A stretch of 64,000 nt of DNA. It comes from Candidatus Omnitrophota bacterium. Its GTDB lineage: Bacteria > Omnitrophota > Gorgyraeia > Gygaellales > Profunditerraquicolaceae. Location of the stretch: NCBI GenBank assembly GCA_041651115.1, contig JBAZJY010000003.1, positions 194,524 through 258,523 of the forward strand, written 5' to 3'. The notes beneath the pieces are model-generated. The model had not been told where the DNA came from. It ran no database searches and saw only the letters and a list, made by a program, of their open reading frames with translations. The position numbers and the translations under genes are program-made. This document shows positions 49,460 through 59,158 of the stretch, in pieces (within the stretch, counting starts at the first letter, position 1; the number at the start of each line of letters is the position of its first letter).

Positions 49460-50908
49460 TTAACCCTTGATAACACCGAGCGGTCGCATTCTACAGACGC
49501 GCTTGGAAATACCGGCATTATGCACGACACTTACCACATCGTTAACGTCCTTATAGGCAGACGGAGCTTCTTCTACGATAGTGCCGCGGCCTGAAGCTTG
49601 GACTATTATACCCTTAGACTCTAATTCTTTCAATAGCGTATTCAGATTTGTCGATTTCGTGGAGGCAGTGCGGGATTTAACCCTGCCTGCGCCATGGCAC
49701 GTCGAGCCAAACGTTTCTTCTTCTGCTTTTTTCGTACCGACAAGCAGGTATGAATTCCTGCCCATGTCTCCGGGAATGATCACCGGCTGGCCGCTTTCGC
49801 GGTAGCGTTCGGGGAGCGCGGGATTACCCGGGCCAAAAGCGCGGGTGGCGCCTTTTCTATGCACGCACAAAAGCTTTTCCTTCCCGTCAATAACGTATTT
49901 TTCTATTTTCGCGATATTGTGGGCAACGTCATAGATCAGCGACATTCCCATTTTTTGCCAGGACATACTGAATATCCGCTCAAAACTTTTACGCGCCAGA
50001 TGCATCAGGCACTGCCGGTTTGCCCAGGCGTAATTTGCCGCGCAGCGCATTGCGCCGATATACTGTTTGGCTTCAGGCGAATTAACCGGCGCGCAGGCAA
50101 GCTGGCGGTCAGGCACATTGATATTATATTTCTGCAGGCAGGCGATCATGCTCCTTGAATAATCTTCGCAGATCTGATAACCAAAGCCGCGCGAACCGGA
50201 ATGGATCATTACCATTACCTGGCCGAGATCTAATTCAAACCTGTCGCAAAGATCGCGGTCAAAAAGCTGGTCAATAACCTGAATTTCCAAAAAGTGGTTT
50301 CCTGAACCAAGCGTGCCGGATTGCGCCTTGCCTCTTTCATATGCGCGGTCTGAAACTGCATCCGGGTCAGCTCCGGGAATCGCGCCGGATTCTTCCGTGC
50401 ATTCAAGGTCGTCCTGGCAGCCATAGCCGTTTTCCACTGCCCATTTTGCGCCTTTGAGCAAAAGCTGCTTCTCTTCTTTTGCGCTTACGCGAATATCGCC
50501 TTTTGAACCTACGCCGGAAGGCACATCGGAAAATAACGCATAAACCAGATCCCTGATCTTATCTTTTATTTCTTCATACTGGAAATTTGTTTTTAAGAGC
50601 CGCACCCCACAGTTGATGTCAAAACCAACCCCTCCGGGCGAGACTGCTCCGCCTTGTTCAATATCGGTAGCCGCCACTCCCCCGATAGGAAAACCATATC
50701 CCCAGTGAATATCCGGCATGGCCAACGAATAATTCACGATCCCCGGCAAAAAAGCAACATTCGCCACCTGCTCCAGCGCTTTATCGTGGTAAATATCTTT
50801 AAGGAGTTTTTCATCGGCGTAGATCAGGCCGTCAACTTTCATCCCGGCCTTATACGACCTGGGTATGCGCCAGTGAAAATCATCAATCTTTTCAAGCATC
50901 CCTGTCAT
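49460..50908 (-). CDS. rtcB: RNA-splicing ligase RtcB
   Basis: 482 aa; RtcB family sequence. Confidence 0.9.
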   Translation of the reverse strand: MTGMLEKIDDFHWRIPRSYKAGMKVDGLIYADEKLLKDIYHDKALEQVANVAFLPGIVNYSLAMPDIHWGYGFPIGGVAATDIEQGGAVSPGGVGFDINCGVRLLKTNFQYEEIKDKIRDLVYALFSDVPSGVGSKGDIRVSAKEEKQLLLKGAKWAVENGYGCQDDLECTEESGAIPGADPDAVSDRAYERGKAQSGTLGSGNHFLEIQVIDQLFDRDLCDRFELDLGQVMVMIHSGSRGFGYQICEDYSRSMIACLQKYNINVPDRQLACAPVNSPEAKQYIGAMRCAANYAWANRQCLMHLARKSFERIFSMSWQKMGMSLIYDVAHNIAKIEKYVIDGKEKLLCVHRKGATRAFGPGNPALPERYRESGQPVIIPGDMGRNSYLLVGTKKAEEETFGSTCHGAGRVKSRTASTKSTNLNTLLKELESKGIIVQASGRGTIVEEAPSAYKDVNDVVSVVHNAGISKRVCRMRPLGVIKG

Positions 50909-50918
50909 TTTATTTTTC

Positions 50919-51341
50919 CTATACGTCGAATATTACTTCTGCCTGCCAAAGGCCGGATTCCTGCCAGATTCTCAAACCGTGATAGGTCGCAGCCTTGATC
51001 TCGACGTTCACCTTACAGTCTTTAGCGGGCCTGCCAAAGGCAAGCGCCTGCAATGAATCGCCCTCAAGTTTATTTACCTTAAAATCGAAAAATATCAGTT
51101 CTTTAGTGTTGGATAAAGACAATAATTCATTGAGCCAAAATACCAACAGTTCTTCTAAATTACCTGCTTCTTGTTTTATGCTGATTTCCTGCTGGATAGC
51201 TGAGCCGGAGAGTTGATGCGGAGCCTCGGCAATGATATCAAACATTGCCAAGCCTGCACTTTTAAAAAGCGAGGCCGGGTCTTTTGCCTTAACCCTGATG
51301 CCGATATCAGCGGTGTGTTCAATGACCTCATAATCTTTCAT
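50919..51341 (-). CDS. Archease (RtcB activator)
   Basis: 140 aa; MKDYEVIEHTADIGIRV motif. Confidence 0.85.
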   Translation of the reverse strand: MKDYEVIEHTADIGIRVKAKDPASLFKSAGLAMFDIIAEAPHQLSGSAIQQEISIKQEAGNLEELLVFWLNELLSLSNTKELIFFDFKVNKLEGDSLQALAFGRPAKDCKVNVEIKAATYHGLRIWQESGLWQAEVIFDV

Positions 51342-51419
51342 ATTGAGGCCTTAATGGATTACCCCAGCTTAAACACTTAAAAATTTCTACAAAATTTTTA
51401 AGCAAGCTGGGGTTAATTC

Positions 51420-51468
51420 GGCCCAACAACTTATGTTCGCTTCGCTCCATAAGTTGTGGCCTCATTTA
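51420..51468. repeat. Conserved hairpin element (ggcccaacaacttatg...cataagttgtggcc), homolog of 12641-12690, just 3' of tRNA-Lys; a second hairpin (ccccagctt...aagctgggg) lies at 51363-51412
   Basis: Inverted repeats seen directly; about 80 percent identity between the two loci. Confidence 0.6.
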
Positions 51469-51470
51469 AA

Positions 51471-51543
51471 TGAGCCGCCTTGGAATCGAACCAAGAACCT
51501 TGACCTTAAGAGGGTCCTGCTCTACCAATTGAGCTAGCGGCCC
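51471..51543 (-). tRNA. tRNA-Lys (anticodon CTT)
   Basis: Acceptor GGGCCGC/GCGGCTC (with G2.U71), D-arm GCTC/GAGC, anticodon loop CTCTTAA, T-arm CTTGG TTCGATT CCAAG. Confidence 0.8.
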
Positions 51544-51602
51544 GAAAATTACACGTTTTGTTCATTGCCGCGCAGCGAAATGCGTCAAGTATTATGACGC
51601 GT

Positions 51603-51632
51603 GAGCTAGCGGCCCGAAAATTACACGTTTTG
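51603..51632. repeat. 30-bp exact direct repeat of the tRNA-Lys 5' end plus its upstream flank (copy of 51531-51560)
   Basis: gagctagcggcccgaaaattacacgttttg occurs twice, 72 bp apart. Confidence 0.8.
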
Positions 51633-51684
51633 GAGCAAATATTATAACATATTTTTAAATTTTGTTTATATTTTTTACTCCGGG

Positions 51685-52029
51685 CTAACCTGTCAGCCTA
51701 AGGCGAGAGCTTAGGTCAAACAGCGTGCGTATAAGGAACGACCTTAAGAACATTATCGCAAAGAATGCGATGATCGGAGAAATATCCAAGCCCAGCTTAA
51801 GCGACCCGGGCAAAAGCCTCCTTATCGGGCTAAGTATAGGCTCGGTTACGGCATATAGGAATTGGACTATCGAGTTATAGGGATCGGGATTTACCCAACT
51901 AAGCAGCGCACGCACAATGATCAACCAATAAATTATTGTCAGTAATATATCCAGTATCTGAGCTAAAGCAACCAGTAAATTTGCGAATATGAACATTTTA
52001 TTCTTCCCTTTCTTTTCTCCATTTTTCAA
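51685..52029 (-). CDS. YggT family membrane protein
   Basis: YggT-like region LLSWVNPDPYNSIVQFLYAVTEPILSPIRR. Confidence 0.7.
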   Translation of the reverse strand: MKNGEKKGKNKMFIFANLLVALAQILDILLTIIYWLIIVRALLSWVNPDPYNSIVQFLYAVTEPILSPIRRLLPGSLKLGLDISPIIAFFAIMFLRSFLIRTLFDLSSRLRLTG

Positions 52030-53116
52030 CGCACTGCTTATATGCCTTAAATGAGGGCTTGCGGGAAAAATCCCAGCGTATCAGGCCCAGATAATCGGTT
52101 CCGTTCTGCCAATGCTGGTTGCAGTCGCGGAAAAATGCCCAGAAAACTTTTTCCACTGCCTCTGCTTTTATGAGCTGCGGGAGCATTTCTTTTACCCAGT
52201 CTGCCTGCTGCCTTTCCGTCGGATTCTTGCCCAGCCACCAATTGGAAACCGTAGGCGGCTTGATCTGTACGCCCGGACAGCCGATCTCGGTAACCCAGAT
52301 CTTCTTATGCCCGTCGCCGTTACGCTTCATTATTTTATACGCCAGCCGCGGATAAGCAAGCACGGTCTTTACCGCGCCTTCATTCAAGGGCGTGACAAAA
52401 ATATGGATATTCAGGATATCAAAATAACCTCCTGCGCCGTTATCATAAAGCTTATTCACGCTGGAGTTGGCAATTGCCAGGCCGCCGTTCAACACCTTAC
52501 ACTCCGGATCAGCTGCTTTTGCCGCCGGATAAAATTCCTTGAGCAGTTGGCAATAAGCCTTCAGGCCGTCTTGTTCTTTCCAGTAAACGCCGGAATCCGG
52601 CTCATTCCATAATTCCCAGTGCTTTATCCTGTCTTTATAACGCTCAATCACTTTTACGGCGTAATTAATGAGTAACTTGTTTTCTTTCGGAGGGCAATTC
52701 CACTTGCCGCAGCTTGAGGCCCAATCAGCGCTGTAATCCAGGATGCCCAAAACATTAATACCGTTTAAAGTAAGCAAGTCCACGATCACATCGTATTTTG
52801 TAAAATCAAACTTACCTTCTTCCGGCTCAATGTCCTGCCATAAGAAATCCACCCTTACCCAGCTGACGCCTGCCTCTTTCATCAAGGCAACTGCCTTGCC
52901 TAAAGCGCCGTCCTCGGGGTATTTATAATTATTCCACGGGTCGTTCCAATGTAAAAACTCAAGCACTCCAAAAGGGCTGTCGTCAATCTTGTCCTGCACG
53001 GTTGACTCCTCTGCGTATGCGTTCAGGCATAATATACCAAATAGGGCCGCAGCAATCCAGGAGAATATTTTTTTATTTATTCGGGGCATATTTGACGCCG
53101 TGTTCGGTTTGTTCAA
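51998..53116 (-). CDS. Secreted glycoside hydrolase (GH5-like clan GH-A)
   Basis: Signal peptide; WELWNEP (acid/base) and VTEIG (nucleophile) motifs. Confidence 0.6.
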   Translation of the reverse strand: MNKPNTASNMPRINKKIFSWIAAALFGILCLNAYAEESTVQDKIDDSPFGVLEFLHWNDPWNNYKYPEDGALGKAVALMKEAGVSWVRVDFLWQDIEPEEGKFDFTKYDVIVDLLTLNGINVLGILDYSADWASSCGKWNCPPKENKLLINYAVKVIERYKDRIKHWELWNEPDSGVYWKEQDGLKAYCQLLKEFYPAAKAADPECKVLNGGLAIANSSVNKLYDNGAGGYFDILNIHIFVTPLNEGAVKTVLAYPRLAYKIMKRNGDGHKKIWVTEIGCPGVQIKPPTVSNWWLGKNPTERQQADWVKEMLPQLIKAEAVEKVFWAFFRDCNQHWQNGTDYLGLIRWDFSRKPSFKAYKQCVEKWRKEREE

Positions 53117-54434
53117 TGTTAATATAGTCGTTAAAATCCATGCCTTCGCCCAATTCCTGTTTTACTACGCGCATCCTGTCAGGCGCATAAGGATGGGTCT
53201 TGTAATATGACTTGGGCGCAAGCGGCCTGCGCTTGTTTACTTCCTGCAGCTTCTCAAGAAAATCAAGCATACCGCGGGGATTGTAGCCCGCGAGTTTTGC
53301 GTAACGCGTGCCAAGCTGGTCGGCAAGTAATTCGTCTTCCCGGGAATAACCCATTATCAATTCGGTAAACGCGGCATCTGCTGCGCCGGCAGCCTCACCG
53401 CCTCCCTGCGGCACTACCGCCATCAAAAGCCTTAAAAACGAATAACCCATTTGACCCTGCAGCCTCTTTATGCTGTGCCGCGCCACAATGTGCCCGACTT
53501 CATGCGCGAGCACGCCTGCCAGCTCGTCGTCATTATCTACTTTTTCAACCAGGCCCTTGTACACATAAACGAATCCGCCGGGCAGGGAAACGGCGTTGAT
53601 CTCTTCTTCGTCAAGGACCTTAAAATGATAAGTAATCTCCTTGCGGTCACAGACCGCGGCAATCTTCTGGCCGATATCTTCCACGCGTTTTTGTATAAGC
53701 GGATCATCGACAAATTTATATTCTTTTCCTACTTCCCGGTCAATGGACTCGCCCATTGCCACTTCCCTGTCAGTGCTGTAGAAGTAAGTTTCTTCTTCGC
53801 CGGTAACAACGTTATATTCCGTGGTGCAACCGGCCAGGCAAAGGCAAAATAAAAGAATGAATACCTTTACGTCAAGGCTCTTGAGCATCAAATATAACCT
53901 GCGCAGCGGCAAACCCACGACATTATAAAAACATCCTTCAATGCGGCGGATAAAAAACGCGCCTTTACCCTGGATATCAAAACTGCCTGCTTTATCCAGC
54001 GGAGACACGGCAGAGAAATAATTGCTTATTTCTTTATCCGTAAGCCTGTCCATATAGATCTTTGTTTTCTCGCAGGCAGTCTTTATTTTCTTATTATCTT
54101 TATCAATGACGGCAATGCCGGTGTAAAGCCATTGCGGTTTTCCCGAGAGGGTTTTAAGCATTCGCCGCGCGCCATTTAAATCTTTAGGCTTGCCAAAAAC
54201 TTTACCGGACATAACCACGATCGTATCCGCTGCGATAATAATGCCGCTTTTGACCTTTGCCGCGGCAACAGCTGCTTTTTTCAGGGCGTTTGATTTAACC
54301 AACTCCGGATAAGAAAACCTGCCTGCCCTGGTTTTCTCTTTTATTTTCGCCGGTAAAACTTTAAATTTCAGGCCGAAGATCTTAAGCAGCTTTTTTCTTG
54401 CCTTGGAATCGGATGCCAGATAAATTTTTCTCAT
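53073..54434 (-). CDS. In-frame fusion of Maf (nucleoside triphosphate pyrophosphatase) with a lipoprotein M48 zinc metallopeptidase
   Basis: N-terminal Maf domain of about 190 aa; then MLKSLDVKVFILLFCLCLAGC (a signal peptide with lipobox that begins at an internal Met); then HEVGHIVARH (HExxH) of the M48 family. Confidence 0.6.
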   Translation of the reverse strand: MRKIYLASDSKARKKLLKIFGLKFKVLPAKIKEKTRAGRFSYPELVKSNALKKAAVAAAKVKSGIIIAADTIVVMSGKVFGKPKDLNGARRMLKTLSGKPQWLYTGIAVIDKDNKKIKTACEKTKIYMDRLTDKEISNYFSAVSPLDKAGSFDIQGKGAFFIRRIEGCFYNVVGLPLRRLYLMLKSLDVKVFILLFCLCLAGCTTEYNVVTGEEETYFYSTDREVAMGESIDREVGKEYKFVDDPLIQKRVEDIGQKIAAVCDRKEITYHFKVLDEEEINAVSLPGGFVYVYKGLVEKVDNDDELAGVLAHEVGHIVARHSIKRLQGQMGYSFLRLLMAVVPQGGGEAAGAADAAFTELIMGYSREDELLADQLGTRYAKLAGYNPRGMLDFLEKLQEVNKRRPLAPKSYYKTHPYAPDRMRVVKQELGEGMDFNDYINIEQTEHGVKYAPNK

Positions 54435-54435
54435 A

Positions 54436-55674
54436 TCAACTTAATGCGGCGCTTTCTCCTGCCAGGTAACCGGTGGAAAAAGCCGCCTGAAGGTTAAAGC
54501 CGCCGGTATCGGCGTCTACGTCAATGATCTCTCCGGCAAAATAAAGCCCTTTGACCAGCCGGGACTCCATTGTCCGGGGGTTTATGTCTTTTAGACTGAT
54601 GCCGCCTGCGGTAACCATGCCTTCTTCAATGGAAGCCAGGCCCTTGATATCCATGCGAAAGGCCTTGAGTAAATTTACTATCGCGTTGCGCTCTGGCTGT
54701 GTAATGTGGCTTACTTTTTTGTCCGGGCTGATCTTTAAAATATCTATGGATAAACTAATAAGCCGCTGCGGTAACAGGGTTTTAAGCGTGTTCTTCAGGT
54801 TCTTCTTGGGATTAAGCCTGAATTCCCGTAACAGCCGGCTGTCCAGTTGCTCGCGGGATAACCCGGGTTTTAAGTCTATTTCAACGCATAGCCCTTTGTC
54901 GCGCTTGAGCCACTCGCCGATCATCGCGCTTAAAGAAAAAACCAGCGGCCCGGAAATTCCTTGGCCGGTAAAAACGAGTTCCCCTACAGGAGAAATAATT
55001 TCTTTTTTTTCGCCGCTTAACTTAATGCGGATATTTTTCAGCGTTAATCCCTCCAGGAGCCTGGGATAGCCTTGCTTGACAACCAAAGGAGCGAGCGCCG
55101 GCCTTAAAGCAACTATGCGATGATTGAGCTTACGGGCAATCTCCAGGCCGTCTCCGGTTGAACCGGTAAAACTGTAAGAAACTCCGCCTGTGGCAAGGAT
55201 CACCTTGTCAGCATAAAAATGCTTGCCATCGGAAAACAGCAGTCCTTTGGCTGCAGCGTTATCAATAATGACGTCCTTAACGCGGCGATCAGATAAAATT
55301 CTTACCTTATTCTCGGCTAATGCGCGCTTAAGCACGGTAAGCACGCTGGCAGAACTGTCGCTTACGGGAAATACGCGCAGCTGCCTTTCTGTTTTAAGCT
55401 TAAGGCCGCGTTCTTCAAAGAAACGTATCAGTTCATGATTGAAGAATTTACGGAAAGCATCGCGTAAGAACTGGCCGTTACCGGAAAATTTTTCCATGAA
55501 GATATCAAGATCGCAGGCATTGGTAAGATTACAGCGGCCTTTACCGCTTAAAAGGAGTTTCCTGCCTAAGGTAGGATTTCGTTCAAAAAGAGTAACGTCC
55601 TGCGCGAGCTCGGCTGCGCGGATCGCCGCCATCATACCGGCAGGGCCTGCTCCGACAATGGCAATTTTATACAC
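54436..55674 (-). CDS. HI0933/BaiN-family FAD-dependent oxidoreductase
   Basis: IAIVGAGPAGMMAAI dinucleotide-binding motif; 412 aa. Confidence 0.75.
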   Translation of the reverse strand: MYKIAIVGAGPAGMMAAIRAAELAQDVTLFERNPTLGRKLLLSGKGRCNLTNACDLDIFMEKFSGNGQFLRDAFRKFFNHELIRFFEERGLKLKTERQLRVFPVSDSSASVLTVLKRALAENKVRILSDRRVKDVIIDNAAAKGLLFSDGKHFYADKVILATGGVSYSFTGSTGDGLEIARKLNHRIVALRPALAPLVVKQGYPRLLEGLTLKNIRIKLSGEKKEIISPVGELVFTGQGISGPLVFSLSAMIGEWLKRDKGLCVEIDLKPGLSREQLDSRLLREFRLNPKKNLKNTLKTLLPQRLISLSIDILKISPDKKVSHITQPERNAIVNLLKAFRMDIKGLASIEEGMVTAGGISLKDINPRTMESRLVKGLYFAGEIIDVDADTGGFNLQAAFSTGYLAGESAALS

Positions 55675-56227
55675 CTAATTCTTCAACCTTGAATATAGAA
55701 TCCAGTTTCAGGCCAACGACTTTAAGGTTCTCCGCAGCGCCTTCGCGCCTGTCCACGATCACAATTGCGGAATCAATTATTGCCCCGCAGGCATCCAGCG
55801 CTTCCCTGGCTTCGATCAGCGCCTTACCGGTAGTTGCCACGTCATCTACAATGATCACGCGGCTTCCTTTTTTTAATTCCGGGCCTTCGATCTGCCGCTG
55901 CATGCCATGGGCTTTAACTGCTTTCCGGACAATAAACGTTTTAAGCGGAACGTTATTTATGTGGCTGAGCGCTGCCAGCGCGCCCACAATGGGATCCGCG
56001 CCCAGGGTCGGGCCGCCTACGGCATCAATGTTTTTATCTTTAATCAGTTCCAGTATAATGCTTGCCGTAAGATAGGCCCCTTCAGGCGTAAGGGTGATAA
56101 TGCGGCCGTCAAGGTAATACGTGCTTTCTTTGCCGGAAGAGAGGACGAATTTGCCTTTTTTCAGCGCGTCCCGCTTGAGCAAAGTTAATAACTTCTCTTT
56201 AAGTTCCGCGACTTTAGGGTTTTCCAT
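55667..56227 (-). CDS. pyrE: Orotate phosphoribosyltransferase
   Basis: PRTase motif VIIVDDVATTG; 186 aa. Confidence 0.75.
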   Translation of the reverse strand: MENPKVAELKEKLLTLLKRDALKKGKFVLSSGKESTYYLDGRIITLTPEGAYLTASIILELIKDKNIDAVGGPTLGADPIVGALAALSHINNVPLKTFIVRKAVKAHGMQRQIEGPELKKGSRVIIVDDVATTGKALIEAREALDACGAIIDSAIVIVDRREGAAENLKVVGLKLDSIFKVEELGV

Positions 56228-56263
56228 AGCTCCTATTTTACTATCCTTATCGCCGTTGTCAAA

Positions 56264-56473
56264 TTATTGCTTGTTATAATTCTTGTTGATTTTTCCTACC
56301 AGGTTTTCAACCATATTCATATGCATTGTCTCATCACGAGAGAGTTGAAGAAAGAGTTTTTTTAGTTCCTGGTCATCAACCGCTTCTGCATATTCCGTAT
56401 AGAGAGACATCATTTTTCCCTCGACCTCTTCCATTTCCCTGAGATACTCCTCGTAATCGCGCTTAGAAAGCAT
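56264..56473 (-). CDS. Small helical protein with an ExxH motif (ferritin/rubrerythrin-like half)
   Basis: 69 aa; LSRDETMHMNMVENL; overlaps its upstream neighbour by 11 nt. Confidence 0.3.
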   Translation of the reverse strand: MLSKRDYEEYLREMEEVEGKMMSLYTEYAEAVDDQELKKLFLQLSRDETMHMNMVENLVGKINKNYNKQ

Positions 56474-56702
56474 CTCTCTTATCCTCCGTAATGGTTTTTA
56501 TAAGCTTTTCCACGATCCCTTTATGCCGCGTTGATTCTCCGGCAAGAAAAATAAATGTTTTTTTGGCAGCATCGGCAGCATCCTGATCTAAGCCGGCCCA
56601 AAAGATAGCTGAATCAAGGTGCTTCATATAAATCGGTATTGACTTTTCTTCCGCATTAAGGGCATCTTCCAGCCGCTGCAGTAATCCCTGTTTTCTTACC
56701 AT
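56463..56702 (-). CDS. Small helical protein with an ExxH motif (ferritin/rubrerythrin-like half)
   Basis: 79 aa; LAGESTRHKGIVEKL. Confidence 0.3.
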   Translation of the reverse strand: MVRKQGLLQRLEDALNAEEKSIPIYMKHLDSAIFWAGLDQDAADAAKKTFIFLAGESTRHKGIVEKLIKTITEDKRDAF

Positions 56703-56715
56703 ACTAACCTCCGCT

Positions 56716-57642
56716 TTATTTAAAATAGCTGCTTTTTAACCCTTCTTTTAATACCTTGCCGGAATCTTTATCCGCAGGAAAACTCCAATCAGTTTCTTTA
56801 TCCACGTTGAATAAAACAAAACCTGTTACCTTTTTCATGCTTTTAATATTATTCAGGGCTTGTTTTATCCATTCTTTTTTATCCCCTCCGCTTCCGGTTG
56901 AACTGAACTCCGAGATCAAGATGGGCTTATTAAAGCTGCGCGCTGCCTCCGCGTATCTTTTCCCAAAGATATCCCCAAAGCTCATCCACCTGCTCCAGGG
57001 CCTTGTATTGCCCCAATTATACCCGTCTATGCCAAGATAATCCACATAAGCGTCTCCCGGATAATACAGAGTAAAGTGATTGTTCTCTTTAGGAAGATCT
57101 TCCCAGTTAAAAGAGAAGATCCATTTCACGTTATCAGCACCGCTGCGGTCAAACACGTCTTTTACGTGCCGGTAAACTTGAATATATTTTTCCTTACCGA
57201 TCTTCGTTCCTGACCACGGATACCAGTCTCCGTTCATCTCGTGGCCGAACCTCAAGAAAACCGGTTTACCTATTTTTTTGATCCGTAAAGCAAATTCTTT
57301 TATGTAATCATCGTAACTGCCGGAAATCAAGCCGTCAAAGTCAATACCCTCTTTTTTAAGAGGATACCAGGGTTCCCAGGTGATGACCAGAATGCTGCCC
57401 TGCGAATAAACATCTTCTATGGTCCGGTTGTCCGGGAATCTATTCCAACTGATGAAGATCATCACCAGGCGCGGCTGCCTGCCATAGCTGTTTTTAAAAT
57501 CAGAAATATCTTTTGCCAGAGGGACATCGGACAAAAACGCGCCGGTGAGGCAATAAGAGGCATTATTTGCCGCGTAAAACATAATCCCGGAAACTACCAA
57601 CAAAATTAAAATCACGGCGATTAAAATGGAATATTTTTTCAT
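56716..57642 (-). CDS. Secreted/membrane-anchored glycoside hydrolase (GH26-like)
   Basis: N-terminal hydrophobic anchor; RFGHEMNGDWYPW motif. Confidence 0.5.
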   Translation of the reverse strand: MKKYSILIAVILILLVVSGIMFYAANNASYCLTGAFLSDVPLAKDISDFKNSYGRQPRLVMIFISWNRFPDNRTIEDVYSQGSILVITWEPWYPLKKEGIDFDGLISGSYDDYIKEFALRIKKIGKPVFLRFGHEMNGDWYPWSGTKIGKEKYIQVYRHVKDVFDRSGADNVKWIFSFNWEDLPKENNHFTLYYPGDAYVDYLGIDGYNWGNTRPWSRWMSFGDIFGKRYAEAARSFNKPILISEFSSTGSGGDKKEWIKQALNNIKSMKKVTGFVLFNVDKETDWSFPADKDSGKVLKEGLKSSYFK

Positions 57643-59156
57643 TTAACATCCCGGTTAAAATAAAATACGCTGGACATGACCAGAAAATCGTATCCTGCCC
57701 AAAAACTATTCACTAATATTGCCGCTTCCCTTTCATAGATATACCGGTTAATTCCCCACACGCAGGCGATAAAACTTAAGAAAAATAAGCTCAATTGAGG
57801 CCATAGCCTTATATAAGACATTGCCTTTGCGTTAGCCTCTTTTCCGGTAATGCCAAAGCTTGCCTTGCTCCCTAAAAGAGCCGATATTGTTGCGCGCATA
57901 TAAACCGTAGCGGTAACTTCTCCCAATAACTGGCCGATAAATAAATCCCTTATCTTGTAATTCCTGTTTTTAAGCACAAAATAGAAAACACTTAGAGATA
58001 AGACTATATACGGCATAAAGGCTAGAAAATATATTTCCGGGCTGGCAAAAAATGAAGGGATCTTGAATAACAGATAAGCGACGGGGCAGATCATCATGAT
58101 CAGAAAGGCTATGCCTACCAGGTAATAGGAACTTGATAAAAAGTATTCCCACCACTGATGCAGCCGCAATGAAAAAGGTTTGGTAAATAACCTGATGATC
58201 AATTTTCTGAATACGGAAATAGTCCCGCTTGCCCACCGGAATTGCTGCTTAAAATAACCCGAAAGGCTTTCCGGCCCCATGCCAAAAGCATAGACATGGT
58301 CAAAATAAAGCGATTTCCACCCTTTTGCGTGCAATTTTATGGAAGTAGCAAAGTCTTCGGTAACGGTTGACTCATCCAGGCCGCCGACATCTACCAGCGC
58401 ATTTTTACGGAAAACTACGTTGGTGCCGCAGCAAAACATTGAATCGCTTATGCTTTTTCCTTCGCAGATATATTCGTAAAATACGGCCTGCTGAAAAGCA
58501 GCGCCCCGGGCAACCATGCTAGAGCTAATATTTGAATAAAATTGGGGTGTCTGGACAAACGCCAAATTTTCATCGGCCTCCAATATCGGGATAACCACTT
58601 TTAGAAAATCCGGCAGCGGATTCTGGTCAGCGTCAAAAATAGCCACGTATTTTTGGCCTAAGGTCTTCAAACAGTCATTGATGATCCCTGCCTTTGCCCC
58701 GCGGCTTTGCTGGCGCCTGAAAAGAGTAAGGTTGCAGGCCTGCTTGATTTCATCGGCCTCCTGTTTATGCTTTTCATCGGAACTATCATCGAGAAAATAG
58801 ACCGCTTTATTTTTATAATTCAAATTACATAAAGTAATAAAGGTATCTCTTAAAACCTCTTTTGGTTCATGCCTTGCGGCAACAAGTATGGCTACAGAAG
58901 GCTCTTCCTTATCCTCACTTTTTGCTATTTCCGGTTTTTGCGGGTAATTCAGGATCTTCAGGATATTCAAGACATACCCTAATCCGTGCATGACCACAAA
59001 TAGTTCGCCGCAAATCAGGATGACCCCAAAAATTTTTTCCGTTCCCTTATATGCCGCAGAAGAAAGTAAAACTGCCCTGATCACGACATAAACAATGATC
59101 GAAATCACGCAAAATATCCCCAAGGCATCAAAAAATTCCCTTCTTCTTTTATCCAT
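57639..59156 (-). CDS. Processive family 2 glycosyltransferase (PgaC/BcsA/cellulose-synthase-like exopolysaccharide synthase)
   Basis: DAD, TEDF and QQFRWASG (Q(Q/R)xRW) motifs, with TM helices on both sides. Confidence 0.8.
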   Translation of the reverse strand: MDKRRREFFDALGIFCVISIIVYVVIRAVLLSSAAYKGTEKIFGVILICGELFVVMHGLGYVLNILKILNYPQKPEIAKSEDKEEPSVAILVAARHEPKEVLRDTFITLCNLNYKNKAVYFLDDSSDEKHKQEADEIKQACNLTLFRRQQSRGAKAGIINDCLKTLGQKYVAIFDADQNPLPDFLKVVIPILEADENLAFVQTPQFYSNISSSMVARGAAFQQAVFYEYICEGKSISDSMFCCGTNVVFRKNALVDVGGLDESTVTEDFATSIKLHAKGWKSLYFDHVYAFGMGPESLSGYFKQQFRWASGTISVFRKLIIRLFTKPFSLRLHQWWEYFLSSSYYLVGIAFLIMMICPVAYLLFKIPSFFASPEIYFLAFMPYIVLSLSVFYFVLKNRNYKIRDLFIGQLLGEVTATVYMRATISALLGSKASFGITGKEANAKAMSYIRLWPQLSLFFLSFIACVWGINRYIYEREAAILVNSFWAGYDFLVMSSVFYFNRDVK

Positions 59157-59158
59157 CT

